A program made the translations under genes and the position numbers. Positions 54,677 through 62,537 of a stretch of DNA of 64,000 nucleotides are shown here, piece after piece. The stretch's first letter is position 1; every line of letters starts with the position of its first letter. Source of the stretch: an uncultured Planctomycetia bacterium (GTDB lineage Bacteria > Planctomycetota > Planctomycetia > Pirellulales > Thermoguttaceae); assembly GCA_963775975.1 (NCBI GenBank), contig CAVZKX010000002.1, positions 2,996,502 through 3,060,501 on the forward strand. Direction: 5' to 3'. The notes beneath the pieces are model-generated. The model was given only the letters and a program-made list of their open reading frames with translations, did not search any database and had not been told where the DNA came from.

Positions 54677-56137
54677 ATGACCACCGGACCAGCAGACGCC
54701 GCGGGCCAACTGGAGCAATTGCTTCAAGGTTTGGCCATGCTGGCCGAAGACACGGACTCGGACGCGCCTGTGCACGACCTGGCCCCCTCGACCGCCGCGT
54801 CGCGGCCCGCCTTGGCCCGCGACGGCGAGTTGACCGCCGGCTCCGATTCCGAAGCAATTCCGGCCGCGGGCAATCGATTTCTTCCCGCCGCTCCGCGGAG
54901 CCTGGAGGAGACGGGCATCCGCCAGTCTGATATCGAGAGCATCATCCTCCGCCTGATGCGGCTTCGCGGTACGGCGACGGGCATGGAGATCGCGCAGCAC
55001 ATCGGCTTGCCCTTTCCGCTGACGGAGAAGGTGCTCCACTCGCTTAAGAACGAACGCTTGCTCGTCTTCCGCAACTCCGCCCAGCTCAGCGATTACCTCT
55101 ACGAAATCACCGATCAGGGCCTGGAGCGCGCCGGACAGTTGTCGGCCCAGTGCGGCTATTGCGGGGCCGTGCCCGTCGCGCAGGACGACTACACGGCGAG
55201 CGTCGCCGCACAGTCGCTCTGCCACACCCGCCCCTCGGCCGAAGCCGTCCGCCGCGCGCTGGCCGATCTTACCGTCGATCGGGAAATGATCGCTCGGCTG
55301 GGCCGCGCGATCGCTTCCGGCTGGGGGCTTTTCCTGCACGGTGCGCCGGGCAACGGCAAGACGAGCATCGCCGAGCGCATCACGGCGGTTTTCGGCACGA
55401 GCATCTGGATTCCACGCGCGATCAACGTCTGGGGCGAGATTGTCCGCATTTATGACCCGAGTTGCCACGAAGAGCTTCCACTGGCCAAGGGCGAGCAGAT
55501 CATCGATGACGAGCGGCTCGACCACCGCTGGGTCCGCATCCGCCGGCCGACGATCGTCGTCGGCGGCGAATTGACGATGGACAATCTGGAAATAACCGTC
55601 AACAAAGATACGGGCGTCGCCGAAGCGCCGCTGCAAATGAAGAGCAACTGCGGCACGCTCGTGATCGACGACTTCGGCCGCCAACGCATCTCTCCGCAGA
55701 AGCTGTTGAACCGCTGGATCGTGCCCCTGGAAGAGCGGCATGACTATCTCGGCCTGCCGAGCGGGCGGAAGATCCGCGTGCCTTTCGACCAGTTCATCGT
55801 CTTTTCAACGAACTTGGAGCCGCGGGACCTGGTGGACGAAGCGTTTCTGCGCCGCATCCCGTACAAGATTGAAGTCCAAGACCCGACGCCCGAACAATTT
55901 CGCGAACTATTCGAGCAGACGTGCCAGCGGCAGGGCGTCGGATTCGACGCGGGGGCGCTGGATTACTTGCTCGCCGAGCACTACGCCGCCGGCCGGCGGC
56001 CGATGCGATTCTGCCATCCCCGCGACCTCGTGCATCAGATCGGCATCTTCTGCCGCTTCCGCAAATTGGCGCCCGCGGTAAGCCGCCAAGCCATCGACGC
56101 CGCGGCGACGGATTATTTCTCCGTGATGGGGACTTAG
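54677..56137 (+). CDS. AAA+ ATPase with N-terminal winged-helix-like region
   Basis: ATG 4 nt after the PilZ stop codon. Walker A GAPGNGKT, Walker B LVIDDFGRQ, FSTNLEPRDLVDEAFLRRIPYKI. Not a GspE/PilB-type ATPase. Confidence 0.75.
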   Translation: MTTGPADAAGQLEQLLQGLAMLAEDTDSDAPVHDLAPSTAASRPALARDGELTAGSDSEAIPAAGNRFLPAAPRSLEETGIRQSDIESIILRLMRLRGTATGMEIAQHIGLPFPLTEKVLHSLKNERLLVFRNSAQLSDYLYEITDQGLERAGQLSAQCGYCGAVPVAQDDYTASVAAQSLCHTRPSAEAVRRALADLTVDREMIARLGRAIASGWGLFLHGAPGNGKTSIAERITAVFGTSIWIPRAINVWGEIVRIYDPSCHEELPLAKGEQIIDDERLDHRWVRIRRPTIVVGGELTMDNLEITVNKDTGVAEAPLQMKSNCGTLVIDDFGRQRISPQKLLNRWIVPLEERHDYLGLPSGRKIRVPFDQFIVFSTNLEPRDLVDEAFLRRIPYKIEVQDPTPEQFRELFEQTCQRQGVGFDAGALDYLLAEHYAAGRRPMRFCHPRDLVHQIGIFCRFRKLAPAVSRQAIDAAATDYFSVMGT

Positions 56138-56570
56138 ATCGGGTTGGAATGGCGTAGGGTGGAACCGGGTTTCACAATGCCCGTCAAGAGTCCGACCGCA
56201 CCGAAGGTGCGAACCATACCAGCCCAGGCCAACGGCCTGGGCATGATCGCCCCGCGATAATTTAGGGCCGAAGGTCCGATTGATCCAAGCAAATCCCCGC
56301 GGCGCCGCGAATTAGCTTCCGAGGGCTTCGGAACGCTCGCATGATCCCGTTGCGACTGACCGACGCGAGCGCAGAGCCAATCGCTATAAGCCTCCGAGGC
56401 CGCATGCGTTTAATCTAGACGGCAACAAAAAACGGCGGAGTTGCGATATGTCACAAATGCCCCCGAAAATTCTTTAAGTCCTTGTCCGGCACGAAGTTGG
56501 GAACAATCCGAAAAGAATTCTTCTATAATCGCATAGCGCATCTAGCAATATATATATGGGAGTGTGTACA

Positions 56571-56880
56571 AGAGTTGAGAGGTGAGAGTTGAGAGTTGAG
56601 AGGGGAGAAAGGATGAAGGCGGAAGGATGAAAGGCAAAGGTTCAATGTTCAAAATCCGCAAATCCCCAAATCCCTAAATCCCAAATTCCCCAAGACCGCA
56701 TCCGTGTTCAATCTGCGTTTCATCCGTGGCCCCGTCCGGCTTTCGTGTGCTTCGTGTATTTCGTGGTTTATTAAGACAATCCAATAAGTGAAAAGAAGTG
56801 TCCATGAGATCCTATGAGTTTCTATGCATTCCTATGCGCTTTCTATGCGATTCCTATGACGTTTCTATGGGGTTTCTATA
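56571..56880. repeat. Mosaic of five different micro-repeat blocks in an ORF-free 1.1-kb region
   Basis: GAGTTGAGAG block (56571-56603), GGATGAAGG block (56610-56633), AAATCCC block (56651-56692), TTCGTGT block (56740-56766), T(C/T)CTATG block x7 (56808-56880). Confidence 0.85.
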
Positions 56881-57256
56881 TAGATTTGGCGCGGTTGTTC
56901 ATTAAACGCACGCCACTTTCCGCGGGAATTGACGACATGAGGCCTTCAAACAAAAAAATGGCGGGCACTTGTCGCGACCATCCGTGACCTGCCGCTTCCA
57001 AGCCGGATCAAAGCAGTTTCAAAGCGAAATCAAAGCAGTTTCATGTTGACATTTCAGCCGCAAAGAATGTGGCCGGCCGGCGGACGGAAGTCTCCGACTC
57101 GTTCCAACGAACCAACCACTACAATCGTTAAAGCTGGCACACGTTATTCTTTCACGTTGGGCAGGAACTGTAAGGTAACTTTTGAAGATAGGCCGCGCCA
57201 TGTGCCTCGTGAGCGCGCTTTGATCGGCGTTTATTCGGGAACTTAGAGAATTCATC

Positions 57257-58516
57257 ATGCAGGTCACGTTTATCGCTTGTCCCTTCAAGACCTCCTACGG
57301 AGCGGCTTCAGAGGCCCTCAAAAAAGCCCTCGAAGCGAAGCTCGTTGAAAAGCAGCTTGGCTCGAACGTCGAGTGGGTGGCGTCCAATTGCGGCTGCGGC
57401 GACGACGTCGAGGTCAGCCGGCAATTCCAGATCCCCGGCTGCAAATACTTCGATGCGATCACGATTACCGACCATCCTTCGCGAAACCCTTGGAAGCTCA
57501 GGATCAAGCTTGCGGCGAGGAAGTTCTTCTACTACTTCCGCGCGCGGAAGTATCACGCCTTTTCCGCCGGAGCGGAAGTCGTGAACTTCCAGCAGACGTT
57601 GAACGCTTACGGATCGACCGTGCTCTTCCACTGGTTAACCCAACGATCGCCGGCCGCGCGGGTGGTCACGATCCACGAGTTGGACCGTCACCAGTTGGAA
57701 TGCCCCGAGAGCAATCAAGCATATAACAAGGCCGACGCGATCATCGTACAGCAAGGCGCCATGCGAGATCAGCTCATCGGCCTCGGCGTCGATCCAAACA
57801 GAATAGAAATTGTTCTTCACGGGTCCGACCTGCCGGTAATCGACGAGAATCGCCCGCGCGACGGAATCATGTATTACTGCGGCCACCATCCCTTCCGAGC
57901 CAAAGGGCTGGAGTCGGTTTTCCAGGCGATGGCGACGCTCAAAAAGCGTCTCGGCACGAAGGCTCCGAAACTGAAAGTACATGCGTATTTGAGCGGCGAA
58001 GACTTGACGACCTTGAAGGGCATGGCCGCCCAGGCCGGTTTGGCAGACGACGTTAAATGGCTCAACCAGCCTTCGACGGAGGAACTCGTTCGCGAGTATG
58101 GTTCATCGCTGCTGTGCGTGCTGCCCTTCACGGGCAGTTTCGCCGGCCTGGCCGCGGCCACTGCGGCCGCCGTGGGACTGCCGATCATCGCCACGAAGCA
58201 CGCGGGAATTATCGAACACATCGGCGAAAATGGAATCTGGCTAGATAGCGACACGGCCGAGGAAATCGCGGCCCAGATCGAACGGCTGCTCGGCGCCGAT
58301 GCGCTCCGCCGCGATCTGTCCAAGCGCTTGCGGCAGCACGCGGAGCAATGTTTAAGCTGGGATACTGTCGCCGAACGCACGCTTGCGGTCTACGAACGGG
58401 CGATCGCGCGGAAAATGGGACAAAAGTGCTGTCGCAACTCGCAGGCAAACGCGCGGTTAACGGCCGACGACGCCGAAATGTGCGAAGAAACGTGCGGTTG
58501 CGCGGTCGCGGATTGA
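57257..58516 (+). CDS. glycosyltransferase (GT-B fold, family 4-like)
   Basis: C-terminal GLPIIATKHAGIIEHIGENGIWLD (E-x7-E-like region). Confidence 0.8.
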   Translation: MQVTFIACPFKTSYGAASEALKKALEAKLVEKQLGSNVEWVASNCGCGDDVEVSRQFQIPGCKYFDAITITDHPSRNPWKLRIKLAARKFFYYFRARKYHAFSAGAEVVNFQQTLNAYGSTVLFHWLTQRSPAARVVTIHELDRHQLECPESNQAYNKADAIIVQQGAMRDQLIGLGVDPNRIEIVLHGSDLPVIDENRPRDGIMYYCGHHPFRAKGLESVFQAMATLKKRLGTKAPKLKVHAYLSGEDLTTLKGMAAQAGLADDVKWLNQPSTEELVREYGSSLLCVLPFTGSFAGLAAATAAAVGLPIIATKHAGIIEHIGENGIWLDSDTAEEIAAQIERLLGADALRRDLSKRLRQHAEQCLSWDTVAERTLAVYERAIARKMGQKCCRNSQANARLTADDAEMCEETCGCAVAD

Positions 58517-58574
58517 ATGTATCAGGCACACTCCGCGTGCCGTCTTTCCGCACACGGAGTGTGCGGGATACATT
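58516..58574. repeat. Palindromic element, intergenic twin of the bglX insertion
   Basis: AATGTATCAGGCACACTCCGCGTGCCG-TCTTTC-CGCACACGGAGTGTGCGGGATACATT, between convergent genes. Confidence 0.9.
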
Positions 58575-58638
58575 CCTTTACAAGCGCTCCGCGGCTTCGA
58601 GCACGATCCGCTCCGTGGTTGCCCAGTCGATGCAGGCG

Positions 58639-59619
58639 TCAGTGATCGACTGGCCGTAGACAAGACTGCCGGGCGGCTTGGGAAACGGCTGGCTGCCGGC
58701 AACCAGGTTGCTTTCCAGCATCGCGCCGACGATCGACGCCGTACCGGTAGCTCGCTGGCAGACAATGTCGCGCAAGACGTTCCGGCTGGCGGTTGGCGTC
58801 CTTGCCGCTGTTGCCGTGGCTGCAATCGATGACGACGGCCTTAACCAGCCCGGACGCCGCCAACTGACGTTCTGCGTCCGCAACGTGTTCGGCCGAGTAA
58901 TTCGGACCGTTGTCGCCGCCGCGGAGGACGAGATGACAATCGGGATTGCCCTTGGTCGAGACGGCGGAGGCGACGCCATCGCCGCTGATGCCGAAGAACC
59001 TTTGCGGCTGCCGCGCGGCCTTGATCGAATTGATCGCCGGCGTAACCGAGCCCAGTGTGGCGTTTTTGAAGCCCAGCGGCATCGACAGCCCGGATGCCAT
59101 TTGACGGTGCGTCTGCGATTCGGTCGTGCGTGCGCCGATCGCCGACCAGCAAATCAAGTCGGCGATGTACTGCGGCGTGATCGGGTCCAAAAGTTCGGTT
59201 GCCGTCGGCACGCCCAGATCGATAATGTCGCGAAGCACGCGCCGGGCGATCCGCAGGCCCTCGGGGATGTCGCCCGAATCGTCCAGGTGCGGGTCCATGA
59301 TCAGCCCCTTCCAGCCGAGCGCGGTTCGCGGCTTCTCGAAGTAACAACGCATTACCAGAAACAGCTTCTCGCGCACGCGGTCGATCAGGCCGCGGAGGCG
59401 GGTCGCATATTCCAGGCCGGCACGTGTGTCGTGCATCGAGCAAGGACCGAGGACCACGAGGAAACGCCGCGAGTTTCGCGTCAGGATATCGCGAATCTGC
59501 TGCCGCGACTCGGCGACAAAATCCTCCTGGTCGCCCGAACGGGGGATTTCATGGAGCATCAACGCCGGCGCGGGCAGCGGGATGTTGGAATCGATATTGA
59601 GATCGGATACTCTTCGCAT
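58639..59619 (-). CDS. 3-deoxy-7-phosphoheptulonate (DAHP) synthase, class I
   Basis: LVVLGPCSMHD, KPRTALGWKGLIMDP, IDCSHGNS. The conserved C-terminus (..GQSITDACIDW..) is in another frame and ends at 58578. Confidence 0.88.
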   Translation of the reverse strand: MRRVSDLNIDSNIPLPAPALMLHEIPRSGDQEDFVAESRQQIRDILTRNSRRFLVVLGPCSMHDTRAGLEYATRLRGLIDRVREKLFLVMRCYFEKPRTALGWKGLIMDPHLDDSGDIPEGLRIARRVLRDIIDLGVPTATELLDPITPQYIADLICWSAIGARTTESQTHRQMASGLSMPLGFKNATLGSVTPAINSIKAARQPQRFFGISGDGVASAVSTKGNPDCHLVLRGGDNGPNYSAEHVADAERQLAASGLVKAVVIDCSHGNSGKDANRQPERLARHCLPASYRYGVDRRRDAGKQPGCRQPAVSQAARQSCLRPVDH

Positions 59620-59752
59620 GTGATCATGCTAACAAATCCGCGAGAATCTGTCGAATCGAACTAATACGGATAACAGCGCGACCGTATCCCCGGCGGCAAT
59701 GCCGGCCGAAGCCGCAAATTCGGCGCGATCCGCAAAGTCGAGGTGGGCGAGA

Positions 59753-61216
59753 ATGTGCCGCAGCGCCGGAAAGCTCTTGGCCGTGGTCTTGGCAGCCGCC
59801 GCGCTTGCGCCGGCATGCTGCGCGGCACAGAACGCCTATTCGCCGGTCAACGGGCAAGCACTTGGACCGAGCCGAGCGATGTTGGAACTCGCGCCGGACG
59901 CGGGCAACCAAAGCGCGCTGAGGCCGTCCGGCCCGATTTTTCCAGCTCCCGCGCCCGATGAGATCAAATCGCTAACCGTGCCGCAAATTGACGGGCCGGA
60001 GTCCTTGGATGACGCCTGGCGAATCGCGCTTTCGATCGACCAGCGCGTGGCGGCGGGCGACTTCAACGTGTCGGCGGCGGACCACGCGCTTTCCGCCGCT
60101 CGCGCCGAGCAGTTTCCCTCCCTGAACTTAGGCGCGAATTACCTTGCTATGAGCGACCAGTTGGCGATCAAGGCCAACGTGCCGCCGCTGCCTGCGACCC
60201 AACTGCCGTTCTTCAACCGCGACAGCCTCGGTTTCAACGCCCTGGTCAGCCAGCCGATCTACACGTTTGGACGGATATCCAGCGGGATCGACGCGGCCGG
60301 CGCGGGCGTCGATGCCAACCAGGCTGACGCACAGCGCACGCGGCTGGACATCAAGATGAGCGTCGCCGAGGTCTATATCGCAGTCCTCCGCGCGATACGG
60401 GTCGTCGAGGTTGCCGGCAGCCGCGTGTCGAGCCTCGCGGCGCACGTCCGCGATGTGGACAACCGCTTCCGCAAGGGCGTGGCGTCGCGCAACGACCTAT
60501 TGGCTGTTGAAGTGGCGCTGGCCGACGCGCAGCAACAGGCTGTCCAGGCGCGAAATGCGCTGGCAATGCTGTGCGCGGCCTACAACCGCGCACTGCGGCG
60601 GCGACTGAACGAACCGGTCCGTCTTGTGGATCTGCCGGGCGAAGGCGGCGCGGGCGACGTGGACGAACTGACGAAGATAGCGTGCGCCTGCCGGCCGGAG
60701 CTCGCCGAGCTTTCCGCCCAGGCGCGGGCACTGCGCTGCCAGGCCGATGCGGAACGCGCCAAGCACGCGCCGCAAATCGGCGTGAGCGGCGGATACCTGT
60801 ATCAACAGGACCAATACGTCGATCCCAATGGTGTGGCCGGCGTGGCTCTCACCGCCCAATGGACCGCCTTTGATTCCGGCCGCAGCAGCGAGCAAGCCGC
60901 TGCGCTATGTCAGCGCAGCGAGGCCTTGCTCCGCACGCGGAACGACGCCGAATCGTCGATTGCCCTGGAGGTCCGGCAAAAGTGGCTGGAGGTCCAGACC
61001 GCACGCGATCGCCTCGACTTCGCCCGCAAGGCGACCGCGCAGGCCGACGAGAACATGCGAGTCGTCCGCGATCGCTATCTCCAGGGCCTGGCGACGAACA
61101 CCGAGGTGCTGGACGGCGAAACGCTCCGCGTCCAGGCGTATATGAACCTGTACAACAGCTATTATGAGTCAATCCTCGCCGGGCTACGGGTCCGCCGGGC
61201 GGTCGGAAATCTATAA
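59753..61216 (+). CDS. TolC-family outer-membrane efflux protein
   Basis: Start taken at MCRSAGKLLAVVLAAAALA. Two OEP-type repeats (..AEQFPSLNLGANY.., ..RYLQGLATNTEVLDGE..). Confidence 0.82.
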   Translation: MCRSAGKLLAVVLAAAALAPACCAAQNAYSPVNGQALGPSRAMLELAPDAGNQSALRPSGPIFPAPAPDEIKSLTVPQIDGPESLDDAWRIALSIDQRVAAGDFNVSAADHALSAARAEQFPSLNLGANYLAMSDQLAIKANVPPLPATQLPFFNRDSLGFNALVSQPIYTFGRISSGIDAAGAGVDANQADAQRTRLDIKMSVAEVYIAVLRAIRVVEVAGSRVSSLAAHVRDVDNRFRKGVASRNDLLAVEVALADAQQQAVQARNALAMLCAAYNRALRRRLNEPVRLVDLPGEGGAGDVDELTKIACACRPELAELSAQARALRCQADAERAKHAPQIGVSGGYLYQQDQYVDPNGVAGVALTAQWTAFDSGRSSEQAAALCQRSEALLRTRNDAESSIALEVRQKWLEVQTARDRLDFARKATAQADENMRVVRDRYLQGLATNTEVLDGETLRVQAYMNLYNSYYESILAGLRVRRAVGNL

Positions 61217-61218
61217 GC

Positions 61219-61271
61219 GTGGGGCAGGTTGCCAACCTGCCTGAACTCGGCAGATTGGCAATCTGCCCCAC
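61219..61271. repeat. 53-nt double-hairpin element, copy A
   Basis: GTGGGGCAGGTTGCCAACCTGCC-TGAACTC-GGCAGATTGGCAATCTGCCCCAC. Confidence 0.9.
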
Positions 61272-61273
61272 AG

Positions 61274-62461
61274 TTAACGCAGCGCCGCGAGCTGTTCCGC
61301 GCTGGGAAACTCCGTCACGCGGTAGCGTTCGGGATACATGTCTAACGGCGTCATCAACTCGCCGACGACCGATTCAACTTTCTCCCAGTCGGCCACGACC
61401 GGCGTCTCGCTTATAGTGCCGAGCACAATCTGCTCCGTGCGGGGCAACAGCGTCACGGCGCCATCGGCCCAGACGCAGAAGTTGATCCGCTTTCCGGTCT
61501 CCTTGTGTTGGGCAACGCTGAACGAGGCGACGAAGACGTCCTCGCCTCGCGACTCGTGCAGCTTGTCGAGAAGGTCTTTCTGCTCGGCGTAGTCCTGGCC
61601 TTGCGAGCGCAGCCAGAGGCCGTGCAATTCCTCGTAATGCGGATTGTCCATGTCCGGCAGCCAGCGGGTCCATTCGTCGCCGTCCAGCCGCAGCGCCGCG
61701 CCGGAGACCGTTCGCGGCTGGTCGAACGCCTTCTTCGCCAAGGCGATCATCGCTTCCAGCCCGGCGGTGTCTTCGGAGCCGGTAACGATCAGCATTTCGC
61801 GACCCGGCGCCATGGCGATGTAGTCGCCGTCCACCTCGAACTGCCGCACCAAATCCAAGAGCACCAGCCGCGACGAGTCGTAGCCGTCGTTCGTAGTGAA
61901 GACGTAAGTGCCCGGCCCTTCCTGCGGGCCGATGATCTGCGGCGGCACGTGCCGCAGATTCTCGCGGGCGGACTCCAGAGCTTCGTAGAACGTCACGCCC
62001 CACGATTCCAACTCGCGATTGGAAACCGGCTTCATCGAGTCGGGCATATCGTAGACCAGCCCGAGGCCCAGGTCGTCGCCGATCGTCTGATAGGGGAGAT
62101 ATGTGTCCTCCGCGCCGCCGAGTTGCATCCGCAGCCGCGCAGCCTCGAAAAAGCTTCGCGACCGCACTGCCGGCAAGATGTCCGGTTGAATGTCGTCATA
62201 CTCTTCCGGCGCCGGCTTGTTGGCCTGCAGCCAGCCGCGCACGAACCGCCGTACGGCTTGCTCGCGACTTTCCACCGCCAGCGAGCAATACTCGCGGTAG
62301 GCGTTGTTCAGAAAGAGGACCGATCCCTTCTCGCCCTCGACCTGCAACTGGAACTGTTCGGCGTCGTAATCGATCGGGTTGGTGACGCCGACCTCGCGCA
62401 GGCGGTCGATCACGAATTGGGCGAAGGCGTCTTGATCGCTGCTGACCTCGAAATCCGCCAT
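61274..62461 (-). CDS. hypothetical protein (395 aa), bracketed by inverted 53-nt elements
   Basis: Long ORF with coding-like composition. No motif recognised. Confidence 0.65.
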   Translation of the reverse strand: MADFEVSSDQDAFAQFVIDRLREVGVTNPIDYDAEQFQLQVEGEKGSVLFLNNAYREYCSLAVESREQAVRRFVRGWLQANKPAPEEYDDIQPDILPAVRSRSFFEAARLRMQLGGAEDTYLPYQTIGDDLGLGLVYDMPDSMKPVSNRELESWGVTFYEALESARENLRHVPPQIIGPQEGPGTYVFTTNDGYDSSRLVLLDLVRQFEVDGDYIAMAPGREMLIVTGSEDTAGLEAMIALAKKAFDQPRTVSGAALRLDGDEWTRWLPDMDNPHYEELHGLWLRSQGQDYAEQKDLLDKLHESRGEDVFVASFSVAQHKETGKRINFCVWADGAVTLLPRTEQIVLGTISETPVVADWEKVESVVGELMTPLDMYPERYRVTEFPSAEQLAALR

Positions 62462-62479
62462 GATGCCTCCATTTCATTC

Positions 62480-62532
62480 GTGGGACAGATTGCCAATCTG
62501 TCAAAACATGGCAGGTTGGCAACCTGCCCCAC
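62480..62532. repeat. 53-nt double-hairpin element, copy B (inverted relative to A)
   Basis: GTGGGACAGATTGCCAATCTGTC-AAAACAT-GGCAGGTTGGCAACCTGCCCCAC. Confidence 0.9.
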
Positions 62533-62537
62533 AGCCC

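Noticed and set aside
54233-56137. A single 634-aa PilZ-ATPase fusion protein, as listed in the ORF track
   Set aside because: The roughly 30 residues joining the two parts look like off-frame sequence. The conserved PilZ C-terminus is in the neighbouring frame with its own stop codon at 54672. A good ATG for the ATPase follows 4 nt later.
57134-57150. TGGCACACGTTATTCT as a sigma-54 promoter for the glycosyltransferase gene
   Set aside because: The -12 position has TC instead of the near-invariant GC.
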